Source of the DNA: Candidatus Marinacidobacterales bacterium
Lineage (GTDB): Bacteria > Acidobacteriota > Vicinamibacteria > Marinacidobacterales > DATDRI01
DNA length: 64,000 nt
Assembly (NCBI GenBank): GCA_965226495.1
Contig: OZ245365.1
Coordinates: 4,544,001 to 4,608,000, forward strand
Direction of reading: 5' to 3'
Positions within the stretch are counted from its first letter, which is position 1, and each line of letters begins with the position of its first letter. Below the pieces are notes generated by a model, which saw nothing but the letters and a program-made list of their open reading frames with translations, was not told the origin of the DNA and made no database searches. The position numbers were made by a program, and so were the translations under genes. Positions 8,406-18,267 of the stretch are shown in pieces.

Positions 8406-10982
8406 AGCCTGATTCTTGGAAGCGTGTTGCAGCCCTGCTCGAAGCGGCACTCGAGCGCCCTTCCGACGCGCGGACTGCGTTCTTGGACGAGGCTTGTTCC
8501 GGGCACGATGCGCTGCGAGAGAAGGTCGAAAAGCTCTTGGCCAATCATGAAGAGGCGGAAGAGAACCGGTTTCTCGCCCAGGCTCCCGCTTCCTTACTCG
8601 CAAAGCAAAAAAGCACCGAGATCACACCTGGCGCTCGTTTCGGCTCCTACGAGATCACTTCCCTGCTCGGCGTGGGTGGGATGGGTGAGGTTTACCGAGC
8701 GAAGGATCTCGAGCTCGGGCGCGACGTGGCGATCAAGGTGCTCCGCAAGGAGCTCGCTTCGGAGCCAGAGGGCCTGAAGCGCTTCGAACGAGAGGCCCGG
8801 ACCGCATCCGCGCTCAACCACCCGAATATCACCACCATTTACCACATCGGTGAACACGAGGGCACCCGCTACATCGTAATGGAGTACGTCGAGGGCAAGA
8901 CACTTCGGGAACTTCTTGGCGAGGGTCCGCTCCCCTCTAAGACCTTGCTCCGACTCGCCACCCAAATCGCCGAGGGCCTGGACAAGGCTCACTCCGCGAG
9001 GATCGTCCATCGGGATCTCAAACCGGAGAATCTGATGGTCACCGGCGACGGCTTGGTGAAGATTCTGGACTTTGGGCTGGCCAAGCTGACGGGTCCGCCG
9101 GTGAAATTAAATTCCGACATGGACACCGTGACCAAGGTGGGCACGCGGCAAGGCACGATTCTAGGAACGGTGCAATACATGTCACCGGAACAGGCGAGCG
9201 GACGCGCTGTGGACTATCGCTCCGATCAGTTTTCCTTGGGATTGATTCTGTATGAAATGGCGACGGGGAAGGTGGCGTTTCAGCGGGACACCGCGGCCGC
9301 GACGCTGGCGGCCATCATCGAGGGGAAACTCGAAACCGATGACGCCACTCGAACCGAGCCTTGCGGGGAGTTTCCGACGGACGGTGGAGCGGTGTCTGGT
9401 GAAGGAGCCGGAAGGTCGTTACGCCTCGACGGGTGAATTAGCGAAGGAGCTGGAGCAGGCACGGGATGGTGTCCGCGGGGTCGGTGTGTGGCTGCGACGG
9501 AGCGCGATGCTCGCCATGGTGGGCTTGTTTGCAGCGCTTGTCGCCATAGTGGGTCTGAATGTGGGTGAGATCCGAGACCGACTTCTGGGTGGGACGGGTG
9601 GAATTCAGTCGGTCGCGGTTCTACCTCTGAGGAACGTCTCGGGGGATCCGGAGCAGGAGTATTTTTCCGACGGGATGACCGAGGCACTGATTTCCGATCT
9701 CGCAAAGATCGGAGCACTGAAGGTCATCTCGAGAACCTCGGCGATGCGCTACAAAGGCACGGAAAAGACTCTGCCGGAGATTGCCCGTGAGCTGAATGTG
9801 GACGCCGTGCTGGAGGGCTCGGTTTTATTGGAAGGAGAACGGGTGCGGATCACGGCGCAGCTCATCGAGGCAGAAACGGACCAGAATCTGTGGGCGGATA
9901 ATTACGAACGTGACCTCCGCGACATCATGTCGGTGCAAGGCGAGGTGGCGCGGGCCATCGCTCAGGCGATCCAAATCCAACTGACGCCGGAGGAGACCGC
10001 TCGCTTGGCGAGCGCCCGTCCGGTGGACCCCGAGGCTCACGAGAACTATCTCAAGGGCGTTTTTCACTATCAAAAACTCACTCCCCCGGACCTCGATGCC
10101 GCGCTTTCCTACTTCGAGCTCGCCTTGGAGAAAGACCCGGACTACGCCCTGGCCTATGTGGGTATCGCCCGTGTCTGGGGTGGACGCCAGCAGATGGGCT
10201 TCGTGCCGGCCAGTGAGGCGACGCCACTCCAGAAGGTAGCCGTTCTCAAAGCCCTGGAGCTGGATGACTCCCTCGCCGAAGCTCATAGCGCGTTAGCGTC
10301 ACTGAAGACGTGGAGCGAGTGGGATTGGTCAACTGCCGAGAGCGAGTTCCGGCGCGCCATCGAACTCAACCCCAGCTATCCGGAAGTGCGCGTGTGGTAC
10401 TGGGAGCTCTTGGATTCAACGGGGCGTTGGGAGGAAGGGATGGCGCAGATGGAGCGACTTCTGGAATTGGACCCGCACAATTCCTTGTTCCAGGGTTTCT
10501 TTGGTCAGAGCTTGGTATTTCGGCGCCGGTATGATGACGCCATCGCGCAGTTGCAGAAGGTCATCAGAACGGAACCCAACTTGCAGTTAGCGCACGCCCT
10601 CCTCTGGCGCGCCTTCCACCAAAAGCGAATGTATGAGGAGGCTCTAGCAGAAGCGAAGAAGGTTTTTGCCCTGCTGGGCTATAGTGAAGTCGCGGAAGCC
10701 CTGGATCGCGGCTACGCGCAGGGTGGGTATGCAGGGGCAATGCGCCTTGCGGCGGAGACGCTGGCGGCGCGTTCGAAGCGAACCTATGTTCAGGCTATGC
10801 AGATTGCAAAACTCTATGCGCACGCCGGGGAGAAAGACCGAGCCCTGGATTGGCTGGAGAAAGCCTACCAGGAGCGCGAGAGCCGACTGGTTTATCTCGG
10901 TGTGGTTCCGGAATGGGACCCCCTGCGGGACGACCCGCGCTTCCAGGATCTGCTGCGGCGCATGAACCTCCCGGAGGGATGA
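8402..10982 (+). CDS. Ser/Thr protein kinase with TM helix, TolB-N-like domain and TPR repeats; +1 frameshift near 9333 (possible sequencing error)
   Basis: ORF 8402-9436 (kinase motifs) joins ORF 9252-10982 ([25 protein letters not shown], TPRs). The paralog 10994 reads GKAEPMT across the site; here there is an extra A in ctcgaaaccgatg. Confidence 0.88.
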
Positions 10983-10993
10983 GAAGGTAGCGG

Positions 10994-13597
10994 ATGGGGT
11001 TCAGTCGTGGTACCAGGCTCGGCTCCTACGAGATCACTTCCCTGCTCGGCGCGGGCGGGATGGGTGAGGTGTACCGGGCGAAGGATCTCGAGCTCGGGCG
11101 CGACGTAGCGATCAAAGTGCTCCGCAAGGAGCTCGCTTCCGAACCGGCGGGCCTGAAGCGCTTCGAACAAGAGGCCCGCACCGCATCCGCGCTCAACCAC
11201 CCGAACATCACCACCATCTACCACATCGGTGAACACCAGGGCATGCGCTACATCGTGATGGAGTACGTCGACGGGAAGACGCTTCGGGAGATGCTTCGTG
11301 ACGGACCGCTTCCCTCGGAAACCCTACTCGAGTTCTCCACCCAAATCGCCGGGGGTTTGGCCAAGGCTCACTCCGCAGGGATCGTCCATCGGGATCTCAA
11401 GCCTGAGAATCTGATGGTCACCGACGATGGCTTCGTGAAGATTCTGGACTTTGGTCTGGCAAAGCTGACCGGTCCTCCGGTGAAGATGGATTCCGGCATG
11501 GCCACCATGACCAAGGTCGGCACGAGGGAAGGGACGATCTTGGGAACGGTGCAATACATGTCGCCGGAACAGGCGAGCGGACGGTCGCTAGATTATCGAT
11601 CCGATCAATTTTCGCTTGGGTTGGTCTTGCAGGAAATGGCGACCGGCGAGGCGGCGTTCAAGCGGGACACCGCTGCCGCGACGCTGGCGGCTATCATCGA
11701 GGGGAAAGCCGAGCCGATGACCGGGCTCGATCCAAAACTCCCCGAGAGTTTCCGGAGTGCGGTCTGGCGGTGCCTGATCAAGGATCCCGAAGGTCGTTAC
11801 GCCTCGACCACGGACTTGGTAAAGGAGCTGGAGCAGGTTCGGGCCGCGTTCTCTTTCGGCGATCCGCTGTCGGCTGCCATTGCTCGCGGGGAAACACCGG
11901 CGCCCGAGATCGTTGCCGCGGCGGGGACGTTCTCGGGTCTGTCACCCGCAGTGGCTTGGACATGTTTGTCTTCGGTCGTGCTGTCGCTCGCGGGCGCCCT
12001 ATGGATCTCGAGTCAGACGCGACTGAGTCAGATTACTCCTCTTCCTAAATCTCCTGAGCTTCTCATTGCCGATGCTCGAACGATACTCGAAGACTTGGGA
12101 TTCCCAACGCCGCAACGGGACAGCACCTACGGTTTCTCCCGGCGAGTCGACTACATCGACGAACTGATGTCCTCCGATCGTTCCAACGATTGGTGGGAGC
12201 TTCTAGCGCGAGGCGAGCCGAGCGTGGTTCGATTCTGGTACCGCGAAAGCCCCCAGTATCTCGTACCGCACCGCGTCACCGAATTCTTTCCCGCTGAGCG
12301 CGATCCACCCGACTCGCTCCCTGGCATGGTCAGCCTCCAGCTCGACACCTTCGGGCGGTTGCGCCGGTTGGAAGCCTTTCCTCCCGATCTCACCGACTCC
12401 GCCGATGAGACGAAGGAGCCCGATTGGACCGCGCTCTTTGCCGCCGCGGGTCTCGACCAGGAAGACTTCACGTCCGCCGAGCCACGGTGGTCCCCCCCCA
12501 GGTTCGCGAGTCGCCGCGCTGCGTGGGAGGGTACCTATCCCGACGCTCCCGAGATTCCGGTTCGCATCGAGACGGCCTCCTTCGCTGGGCGACCCACCTC
12601 CTTCCGCGTGGTTGAGCCGTGGAGTGAGCCTGCCGGCGAACGGGAAAACCCTTGGGTGCGTCCTTCGGACGTGGTGCCCAATCGATGGGCTAGCGCCGCT
12701 CACGTGGGCTTACATTTACTCTTCATGTTCACCCTCGCGATTTTGGCGCGGCGCAATCTCAAACTGGGTCGGGGGGATCGTAAGATTGCCTTCCGACTGG
12801 GCAGCGTCTTATTCGCCTCGGTGATGCTGCACTGGATCTTTGCGGCGCACCATGTGCCGGAGCGCTCCCAGCTCCAGATCTTCTTTGGCGCGCTTTATCG
12901 TTCCTTCTTTTCGTTTGGATTAGCCTGGCTCTTCTATATCTCGCTCGAGCCCTACGCTAGAAAGCTCTGGCCAAGGAGCATGATCTCCTGGGTTCGCCTC
13001 TTGTACGGGCGATTTCGGGATCCTTTGGTCGGACGGGACGTTTTGGTGGGCTGCGTCTATGGAATCGGGTTCGGCTTCTTGAATCGCGTCCTATGGTTGG
13101 CACCCACCTGGCTAGGAGACGCCCCACCGCCTCGGCCGGACCTTCCTCGCCACCCCGCCGAGTTTATCGCCTTACGTGGCGTGAGCGAGTCGCTTTCCCA
13201 GATCTTCGCGAATTTCGTAAACATCTCGACCCACATCCTGTTTCTTATTGTTGCGCTTCTGCTACTGCGGTTCATCTTCCGTAAGACCTGGCTCGCGGTG
13301 AGCATCCACGGGGCGTTGTACGTGTTCATCTACGCGTCTGGCTTCGGGCTTACCGGCATCACTCTTTGGATCTGTCTCTGGTATGTGGTTTTCTTCCGGT
13401 TCGGGTGGATTTCAATCCTGGTGGGGACTTTTACAAACGACCTCCTGAACGGTTTTCCGCTGACTACCGATCCAACGGTGTGGTACGCGCATGCCCCGAT
13501 TCTCGCGGTCCTCGTGTGCATGAGTCTCGCGCTGTACGGTTTCAAGGTGTCGCTCGCGGGACGCCCTCTCTTCAAGGACTTGCTGCCGGAAGCGTGA
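10994..13597 (+). CDS. Ser/Thr protein kinase with extracytoplasmic domain and multi-pass membrane C-terminus
   Basis: 867 aa; intact kinase motifs; GDPLSAAIARGETPAPE linker; many hydrophobic helices. Confidence 0.94.
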   Translation: MGFSRGTRLGSYEITSLLGAGGMGEVYRAKDLELGRDVAIKVLRKELASEPAGLKRFEQEARTASALNHPNITTIYHIGEHQGMRYIVMEYVDGKTLREMLRDGPLPSETLLEFSTQIAGGLAKAHSAGIVHRDLKPENLMVTDDGFVKILDFGLAKLTGPPVKMDSGMATMTKVGTREGTILGTVQYMSPEQASGRSLDYRSDQFSLGLVLQEMATGEAAFKRDTAAATLAAIIEGKAEPMTGLDPKLPESFRSAVWRCLIKDPEGRYASTTDLVKELEQVRAAFSFGDPLSAAIARGETPAPEIVAAAGTFSGLSPAVAWTCLSSVVLSLAGALWISSQTRLSQITPLPKSPELLIADARTILEDLGFPTPQRDSTYGFSRRVDYIDELMSSDRSNDWWELLARGEPSVVRFWYRESPQYLVPHRVTEFFPAERDPPDSLPGMVSLQLDTFGRLRRLEAFPPDLTDSADETKEPDWTALFAAAGLDQEDFTSAEPRWSPPRFASRRAAWEGTYPDAPEIPVRIETASFAGRPTSFRVVEPWSEPAGERENPWVRPSDVVPNRWASAAHVGLHLLFMFTLAILARRNLKLGRGDRKIAFRLGSVLFASVMLHWIFAAHHVPERSQLQIFFGALYRSFFSFGLAWLFYISLEPYARKLWPRSMISWVRLLYGRFRDPLVGRDVLVGCVYGIGFGFLNRVLWLAPTWLGDAPPPRPDLPRHPAEFIALRGVSESLSQIFANFVNISTHILFLIVALLLLRFIFRKTWLAVSIHGALYVFIYASGFGLTGITLWICLWYVVFFRFGWISILVGTFTNDLLNGFPLTTDPTVWYAHAPILAVLVCMSLALYGFKVSLAGRPLFKDLLPEA

Positions 13598-13725
13598 GTC
13601 CATCATCGCTGCCGAGAAAGCTGGCTGGCGGACAACACTAAAATATCGCCTAGCTATTGGGAAATCAGCGGGTTCGGGGAGCCGGTTTGAATCTGGGGAG
13701 GCAACCTGCTACCTATGTCCGGGTG

Positions 13726-14667
13726 ATGATAGTCAAGAAACTCCTTTGGCTTTGCATTCTGGGCGTGGCCGTTGGCTGCTCCCCCACCGTCCAGGCGCCG
13801 ATCGAAGAGGAGGCGCCCGCACCCGCCTCCGAGTCCCGCGACAAATCCTTCGACTCGGACGGCGTTCAGATCCGCTATGCGGAGCAGGGAGAAGGGGATC
13901 CACTCATCCTGATCCATGGTTTCGCCATGAGCCACGACCGGTGGGAAGCGGCGGGGATCCTTGATGCGTTCGCCGCGCGGGGGTATCGGGTGCTCGCCAT
14001 CGATGCTCGCGGCCACGGCGGAAGTGGCAAGCCCCACGACCCGATAGCCTACGGCGAACAGATATCGCTCGACGTGGTGCGGCTCATCGAGCATCTCGGG
14101 TTGGAGCAAGCCTACGTTGCCGGTCATTCCATGGGGGCCATCGTGACCAACAAGGTGCGATCGCTGGCTCCGGAGAAGGTTCGGGCCGCGGTCTTGGGTG
14201 GTGCGGGATGGCAGAAGAAAGGTGACACGGTGCTGCCCGGGATCACCGCTCTCGAGCTCGCCGAGGCGCTCGAGGAGACCGGCAACTTCAAATGGATGCT
14301 GAGGGAGTTCACCAAGGATCAGCAACCACCTGCCACGGAAGAAGAGATCGAGGGGCACAACAAGAGGATGATGTATGGCAACGACACCTTGGCGCTGGCC
14401 GCCGTGCTGCGAGGATGGGACGGGCTGGCGGTAACCGAGGAAGACCTTCGCGCGAACGAAGTGCCGACTCTCGCTTTGGTCGGCGGAGACGATCCTTTGA
14501 AGGAAAAAGTGGATGATCTGGACGGGGTCATGAGTAACCTGCAGATTGTCGTGATCCCGGATGCCGATCACTTCGAGTCACTCACCGATCCGGCATTTGT
14601 GGAGAATATAGATGCGTTCTTGGGCGAGCACCCCTTGGCGGGGAGTGAGCCGGAGACCGAGGAGTAG
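13726..14667 (+). CDS. Alpha/beta hydrolase lipoprotein, tandem copy 1
   Basis: Lipobox VAVGC; LIHGF; DARGHG; GHSMG nucleophile; late Asp and His. Confidence 0.9.
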   Translation: MIVKKLLWLCILGVAVGCSPTVQAPIEEEAPAPASESRDKSFDSDGVQIRYAEQGEGDPLILIHGFAMSHDRWEAAGILDAFAARGYRVLAIDARGHGGSGKPHDPIAYGEQISLDVVRLIEHLGLEQAYVAGHSMGAIVTNKVRSLAPEKVRAAVLGGAGWQKKGDTVLPGITALELAEALEETGNFKWMLREFTKDQQPPATEEEIEGHNKRMMYGNDTLALAAVLRGWDGLAVTEEDLRANEVPTLALVGGDDPLKEKVDDLDGVMSNLQIVVIPDADHFESLTDPAFVENIDAFLGEHPLAGSEPETEE

Positions 14668-14671
14668 ACAA

Positions 14672-15631
14672 ATGGTCATTATGAAGAGCTCCTGGTTGGG
14701 GGCGGTTGCTTGGTTAGGGTTAGCGCTGGTCGGTTGCTCGCCGCCGGTCGAGGCGCCTGTTGATGATGTTGATGTTGTCGCGACCGAGGAAGCCCCGGAG
14801 TCGGTCGACAAGTTCTTCGACTCCGATGGAGTCCAGATCCACTACACCGACACCGGGGAAGGGGATCCGCTCGTTCTGATTCACGGCTTTGCCATGAACT
14901 GGAAGCGGATGAAGAGCGCGGGTGCTGTCGACGGACTGGCGGAGCGTGGATACAGGGTCCTCGCCATCGATGCGCGAGGCCATGGCGAGAGTGGCCGGCC
15001 CCACGACCCTGGCGCCTACGGTGAGGAGATTCCTCTCGATGTGGTTCGGCTCATCGAGCACCTGGGTTTGGAACAAGCGTACGTGGTCGGCTATTCGATG
15101 GGGGCCATCGTTACGAACAAGGTTCGGGCGCTGGCTCCGGAGAAGCTTCGCGCCGTGGTGATGGGTGGTGCAGGCTGGCAGAAGGAAGGCGGCACGGCGC
15201 TTCCGGGTATCACCTCGCTCAAGCTAGCGGAGAAGCTCGAGGAGACCGGTGACTTCAAGTGGATGCTCGAGGAATTCGTGAAGGACCGGCAGCCGCCCGC
15301 CACTGAAGAAGAGATCGAAGAGCGCAATAACAGGATGATGGAGGGTAACGATCCCATCGCGCTAGCCGCCGTGCTGCGAGGATGGGATGGCTTCGCGGTG
15401 TCCGAAGAAAACCTCCGGGCGAACGAAGTACCCACCCTCGTGGTCGTGGGTGCCAACGATCCGCTGAAGGTCAAAGTGGACGACTTGGACGGGGTCATGA
15501 GCAACCTGGAAATCGTCGTTATTCCGGACCAGGATCACGGGGCGCTCTCGCATCCGGATTTCGTGAAGCACGTGGATGAGTTCCTTAGTAAACACCCACT
15601 GGGCTCGGATGAGCCGGAAACGGATGAATAA
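14672..15631 (+). CDS. Alpha/beta hydrolase lipoprotein, tandem copy 2
   Basis: Lipobox LVGC; GYSMG; clearly paralogous to copy 1. Confidence 0.9.
   Translation: MVIMKSSWLGAVAWLGLALVGCSPPVEAPVDDVDVVATEEAPESVDKFFDSDGVQIHYTDTGEGDPLVLIHGFAMNWKRMKSAGAVDGLAERGYRVLAIDARGHGESGRPHDPGAYGEEIPLDVVRLIEHLGLEQAYVVGYSMGAIVTNKVRALAPEKLRAVVMGGAGWQKEGGTALPGITSLKLAEKLEETGDFKWMLEEFVKDRQPPATEEEIEERNNRMMEGNDPIALAAVLRGWDGFAVSEENLRANEVPTLVVVGANDPLKVKVDDLDGVMSNLEIVVIPDQDHGALSHPDFVKHVDEFLSKHPLGSDEPETDE
15604..15621 (+). repeat. 18-bp direct repeat, left copy (3' end of hydrolase 2)
   Basis: ctcggatgagccggaaac, identical at 16644-16661. Confidence 0.85.
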
Positions 15632-15645
15632 GGGGCGGCTTCAGG

Positions 15646-16617
15646 ATGAAGGCGATCGTCTGCCACGAGTACGGCTCGCCTGATGTTCTCGAGCTCCAAG
15701 AAATCGACAAGCCGGTCGTCAAAGACGATGACGTGCTGGTACGAGTTCACGCTGCTTCGGTAAATCCAGCGGACTGGTACCTTCTCAAGGGCACGCCATA
15801 CCTCGTGCGCCTGATGACCGGTGGGCTGCTCAAACCCAAACACAACATCCCGGGAATCGATGTGGCCGGGCGGGTCGAAGCGGTCGGCGGAAACGTGAAG
15901 CAGTTTGAGCCGGGCGATGAGGTATTCGGCGGGGGCGGCGGGGCCTTTGCTGAGTACGTCTGTCTTCCTGAAGATGGCCTAGTCCTGAAACCGGCCAACC
16001 TGACGTTTGAACAAGCGGCGGCCGTACCTGTGGCGGCATACACCGCCCTCCAGGGTATTCGCGACAAAGGACAGGTTCAGCCAGGGCAAAAGGTTCTGAT
16101 CAACGGTGCGTCGGGAGGGGTCGGCACGTTTGCCGTCCAGATTGCCAAATCGTACGGGGCGGAAGTGACCGGCGTTTGCAGCACGAGGAACGTCGACATG
16201 GTCCGATCGATCGGCGCAGACCACGTCATCGACTACACCCAAGAAGACTTCACCCAGAGTGGCCGGCGATACGACGTAATACTAGATGCTGTGGGAAACC
16301 GTTCGTTGTCAGATTACCGGCGCGTGTTGAACCCTACGGGTGTTTATGTAGCAGCCTCCGGAGGGCTGGTGGGTGATTGGCTCGGACCCATGATTTGGAT
16401 GTTCAAAATACTCCTGGCTTCACTGGTCGGGAGTCAGAAGATGGTTGTGCTGATGGCGGAACAAACCAAGAGCGATCTTGTTGCCCTGAAGGAGCTTCTC
16501 GAATCCGGAAAAGTCACACCGGTCATAGACAGACGGTACAAGTTGAGTGAGGTCCCTGAAGCTCTCCGCTATCAGGGAGAAGGTCACGCCCAAGGAAAAA
16601 CCGTCATCACCGTGTGA
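15646..16617 (+). CDS. NAD(P)-dependent MDR-family oxidoreductase (quinone reductase/alcohol dehydrogenase-like)
   Basis: YGSPDVL, VHAASVNPAD, INGASGGVGTFAVQIAK, GADHVIDY, GKTVI. Confidence 0.93.
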   Translation: MKAIVCHEYGSPDVLELQEIDKPVVKDDDVLVRVHAASVNPADWYLLKGTPYLVRLMTGGLLKPKHNIPGIDVAGRVEAVGGNVKQFEPGDEVFGGGGGAFAEYVCLPEDGLVLKPANLTFEQAAAVPVAAYTALQGIRDKGQVQPGQKVLINGASGGVGTFAVQIAKSYGAEVTGVCSTRNVDMVRSIGADHVIDYTQEDFTQSGRRYDVILDAVGNRSLSDYRRVLNPTGVYVAASGGLVGDWLGPMIWMFKILLASLVGSQKMVVLMAEQTKSDLVALKELLESGKVTPVIDRRYKLSEVPEALRYQGEGHAQGKTVITV

Positions 16618-16643
16618 AGGCGTGTAGCCAGGTGCCCTCTGCA

Positions 16644-16661
16644 CTCGGATGAGCCGGAAAC
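16644..16661 (+). repeat. 18-bp direct repeat, right copy
   Basis: ctcggatgagccggaaac. Confidence 0.85.
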
Positions 16662-16774
16662 AGACGACTGGCACTCGCTCCGTCTGTGACCTCCGGTAAC
16701 GGGCCCTGTGGAAAACTTGGATCACGTGATCCCTCGAGCGTGTTGTTTGGCCGGGGTGCGAGTGTCCCTTTTCT

Positions 16775-16890
16775 GGATCAGACTAAACTCCCATTCAGAG
16801 AGCTGACACCTGTCCCATTTGCTTGTTACTTTTGGTGTCAAAATGCACATTTTCGGATCAGACCCCTGCGATAAAACGGGATCAGACCCC
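16775..16890. repeat. Cluster of three GGATCAGAC(CCC) motifs
   Basis: Copies at 16775, 16855 and 16879 in an AT-richer intergenic stretch. Confidence 0.6.
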
Positions 16891-16893
16891 CGG

Positions 16894-17889
16894 TTATGTG
16901 AGGTGGCGAGCGGTTTCGGCGGGGGTCAACTCGAGGCTACCCTCGTGGGCTTTCAAGGCATGATGGGGCATCTCGTCCACGAGGCATGTCTCTCTTTTTT
17001 GCACAATGACGGTTCCGCCCTCACGTGCCAGGAGCCTGACGCCCTCGACGCCATCTCCTCCTTCGCCTGACAGAACCACCGCGCAGGAAGTCTCGGGTCG
17101 CACGGCCGCGGCAGACCGAAACAGCGTCGTGATCGACGGTCGGTGCCCGCCAACCAGCCGACCTCGCTGTGGCGCGACGGAATCGCGGCTATCGACGACC
17201 AGGTGGGCATCTTCCGGCGCGAGGTAGATGGCTCGTGGAGCCAGCTTCTGTCCCTGCTCACAGACCTCGACGCGAAATCCTGTTTCCGCCGTCAACCAGC
17301 GTACGTATCCTTTCAAGAAGCCGGGTGCCAGGTGCTGCACCACACAGATCGATCCGGTGAACGACTCAGGTAGGCGACGAAGGATCTCAGTCGTTGCCTG
17401 AATTCCTCCCACCGCGCCACCGATGAGAATCAAGGATGGCGTGACGCGAGCCGGTTGGTTGGCCGCGAGTGGCGTCGGGCGAGCGCTCACTCCCATGGCG
17501 AGACACGACCGCGCAGCGAGCTCGACCCGCTTGACCAAGGTTCGGACCACGCTTTCTTGGGCTTCGGGCGACGCCCGTTTCACGAGATCCACGGCTCCCT
17601 CGTCCAGGGCGATGAATGCCAAATCTTCTTCGTCCGAACTCGGCTGCGTGGTAATCAGAATCCGGGACGGAGCATGCTCCATGATCTGACGGGTGGCCAA
17701 AGCCGCACGCAATACGGGAAGGCCGGCGTCCATCAAGATGACGTCGGGCTTCAAGCGATGGGCGAGTACGATCGCCTCTTCGCCGTTGCGAGCCACTCCC
17801 ACCGACTCGGCGACGCCCGATTGCTTGAGCGCGAGCGATAGGAAATTGGCTTGGAAGGGTGAACCCTCAGCGATCAGCACGCGTATCAT
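16894..17889 (-). CDS. cheB: CheB-family receiver-methylesterase, degenerate active site
   Basis: Receiver (ARNGEEA...KPDVILMD) plus esterase (VVQHL, IYLAPEDAHL, HRPSITTLFRSAA, GGDG). The canonical GASTGG reads GGAVGG. Confidence 0.8.
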   Translation of the reverse strand: MIRVLIAEGSPFQANFLSLALKQSGVAESVGVARNGEEAIVLAHRLKPDVILMDAGLPVLRAALATRQIMEHAPSRILITTQPSSDEEDLAFIALDEGAVDLVKRASPEAQESVVRTLVKRVELAARSCLAMGVSARPTPLAANQPARVTPSLILIGGAVGGIQATTEILRRLPESFTGSICVVQHLAPGFLKGYVRWLTAETGFRVEVCEQGQKLAPRAIYLAPEDAHLVVDSRDSVAPQRGRLVGGHRPSITTLFRSAAAVRPETSCAVVLSGEGGDGVEGVRLLAREGGTVIVQKRETCLVDEMPHHALKAHEGSLELTPAETARHLT

Positions 17890-17946
17890 TGGGGGTGCCG
17901 ATAGTAGGCAAGGTCGGCCCCCGAGTCAAGGACGTCTCAAGAACCG

Positions 17947-18267
17947 TTATTCAGATTCTTCTGGCTTGGACAGGCCGAGGTGAGTCCAAACGTCGGTGCC
18001 CACCCGAGACTCGAAAACCTGCGCCTGAGACTTGATTTCCCCAACGCTTTCGTCGAGGCCGATTCGTTCGACGCGATGCATGGGAAAGAAGATCGTCGAC
18101 AAACCCATCGTGTCTTCACCCTTCGCCGTCTCCCGCATCCAATCCTCGAACGAGTTCAGATCTATTCCTCTAACGTTCACGCCGGCGTCGGCGATGGAGA
18201 GCAGGATGCACCAATACTTCTCGCGCGGGTTCTGGAGATAGACAACGACCGGCGAGTGTTTCTTCAC
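17947..18267 (-). CDS. Conserved hypothetical protein (PREKYW...RGIDLNSFEDW...FFPMHRVERI)
   Basis: GTG start overlaps the aminotransferase stop (GTGA). It is the C-terminal part of track ORF 17947-19089. Confidence 0.75.
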   Translation of the reverse strand: MKKHSPVVVYLQNPREKYWCILLSIADAGVNVRGIDLNSFEDWMRETAKGEDTMGLSTIFFPMHRVERIGLDESVGEIKSQAQVFESRVGTDVWTHLGLSKPEESE

